This document shows positions 63,535 to 64,000 of a stretch of 64,000 nucleotides of DNA, piece by piece. The position numbers and the translations under genes are program-made. The stretch lies in assembly GCA_026396995.1 (NCBI GenBank), contig JAPLVS010000054.1, forward strand, positions 24,052 through 88,051, in the 5' to 3' direction. Origin of the DNA: Candidatus Iainarchaeum sp. Its GTDB lineage: Archaea; Iainarchaeota; Iainarchaeia; Iainarchaeales; DTGL01. Every line of letters starts with the position of its first letter. The stretch's first letter is position 1. The notes beneath the pieces are model-generated. The model had not been told where the DNA came from. It did not search any database and saw nothing but the letters and a program-made list of their open reading frames with translations.

Positions 63535-64000
63535 ATGGAGCCAACTGACTGGGCCGTAAGCTCTGCGATATTTGTGGTGGCGGTCGCAGCCACGATGGCG
63601 GTTGCGCCTTCCCTTCTGCCGCAAAAAGCGCAGGTCTTCTCGGAAAGCCAGATGCAAAGCATTCTTGAAAGCGTTTCTGATGAAATCCAGGTAAAATCCA
63701 TCCTGCTGAAAACCGACTGCAATTCCTCGCAATACGACTGCAACCGCGAATTTCCTGTCGAAATAGACCTGAATGAATCCAAGCACAACATGTTCAGCCA
63801 GGCTTACACGCAGGACGGCAACAAAATGTATTCGGTGATGTCTTTGGGCGCTGTCACCAAGCTGTATTCCTTCGCTGAGCAGAAAATAACGCCCTCTTAC
63901 AGCACTTCCGCGTTCACGCTTTCCTCTTCAGGCGACACAAATTATGCAGATTCCTATATCATTGTGAGCAACCAGTACCTTGACGCCAACATCACTGATT
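63535..64000 (+). CDS. Hypothetical secreted protein, 3'-truncated by window end
   Basis: N-terminal hydrophobic anchor (AVSSAIFVVAVAATMAVAP). The ORF is open to the window end. Confidence 0.3.
   Translation, partial: MEPTDWAVSSAIFVVAVAATMAVAPSLLPQKAQVFSESQMQSILESVSDEIQVKSILLKTDCNSSQYDCNREFPVEIDLNESKHNMFSQAYTQDGNKMYSVMSLGAVTKLYSFAEQKITPSYSTSAFTLSSSGDTNYADSYIIVSNQYLDANITD

Noticed and set aside
1-64000. CRISPR arrays, rRNA genes, IS elements or transposases
   Set aside because: No regularly spaced direct repeats, no rRNA-like conserved stretches and no transposase motifs (DDE/HUH) were seen. The only dispersed repeat found is the double-hairpin family.

Overview
This is an archaeal chromosomal window of about 50% GC. 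The archaeal origin rests on ether-lipid genes (IDI-2, GGGP synthase), archaeal-only r-proteins (S19e, L31e, L39e, LX), aIF6, TFE, RadA, archaeal DnaG, Hjc, Pth2, aTrm56 and an initiator tRNA with an A1:U72 pair. Most of it is dense housekeeping coding sequence: all three SRP components (SRP RNA, SRP54, FtsY), the conserved S19e-PDCD5-L39e-L31e-aIF6-LX-prefoldin-FtsY cluster, seven tRNAs, serS, tpiA, the tdh/kbl pair, ribD and RNase P protein Rpp21. Five things stand out. (1) A previously unrecognised ~90-bp double-hairpin intergenic repeat family occurs four times, twice inside the spacers of the ribosomal operon. (2) A minus-strand operon carries tandem-duplicated thymidylate-kinase-like and GNAT-like paralogs, and a separate tandem pair of unknown paralogs sits nearby; all have Arg/Lys-rich N-termini. 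(3) There is a full-length RelA/SpoT-type (p)ppGpp synthetase whose hydrolase motifs are degenerate, which is unusual for archaea. (4) An AbiEii/AbiEi-like pair sits in inverted gene order, and an RHH gene and a PIN gene converge tail-to-tail. (5) Several Cys-rich secreted proteins, a possibly frameshifted M16 peptidase, and two unexplained noncoding regions (5.0-5.8 kb and 48.0-48.5 kb) are also present. No CRISPR array and no rRNA were seen. Domain calls come from motif recognition by eye, with no database search.
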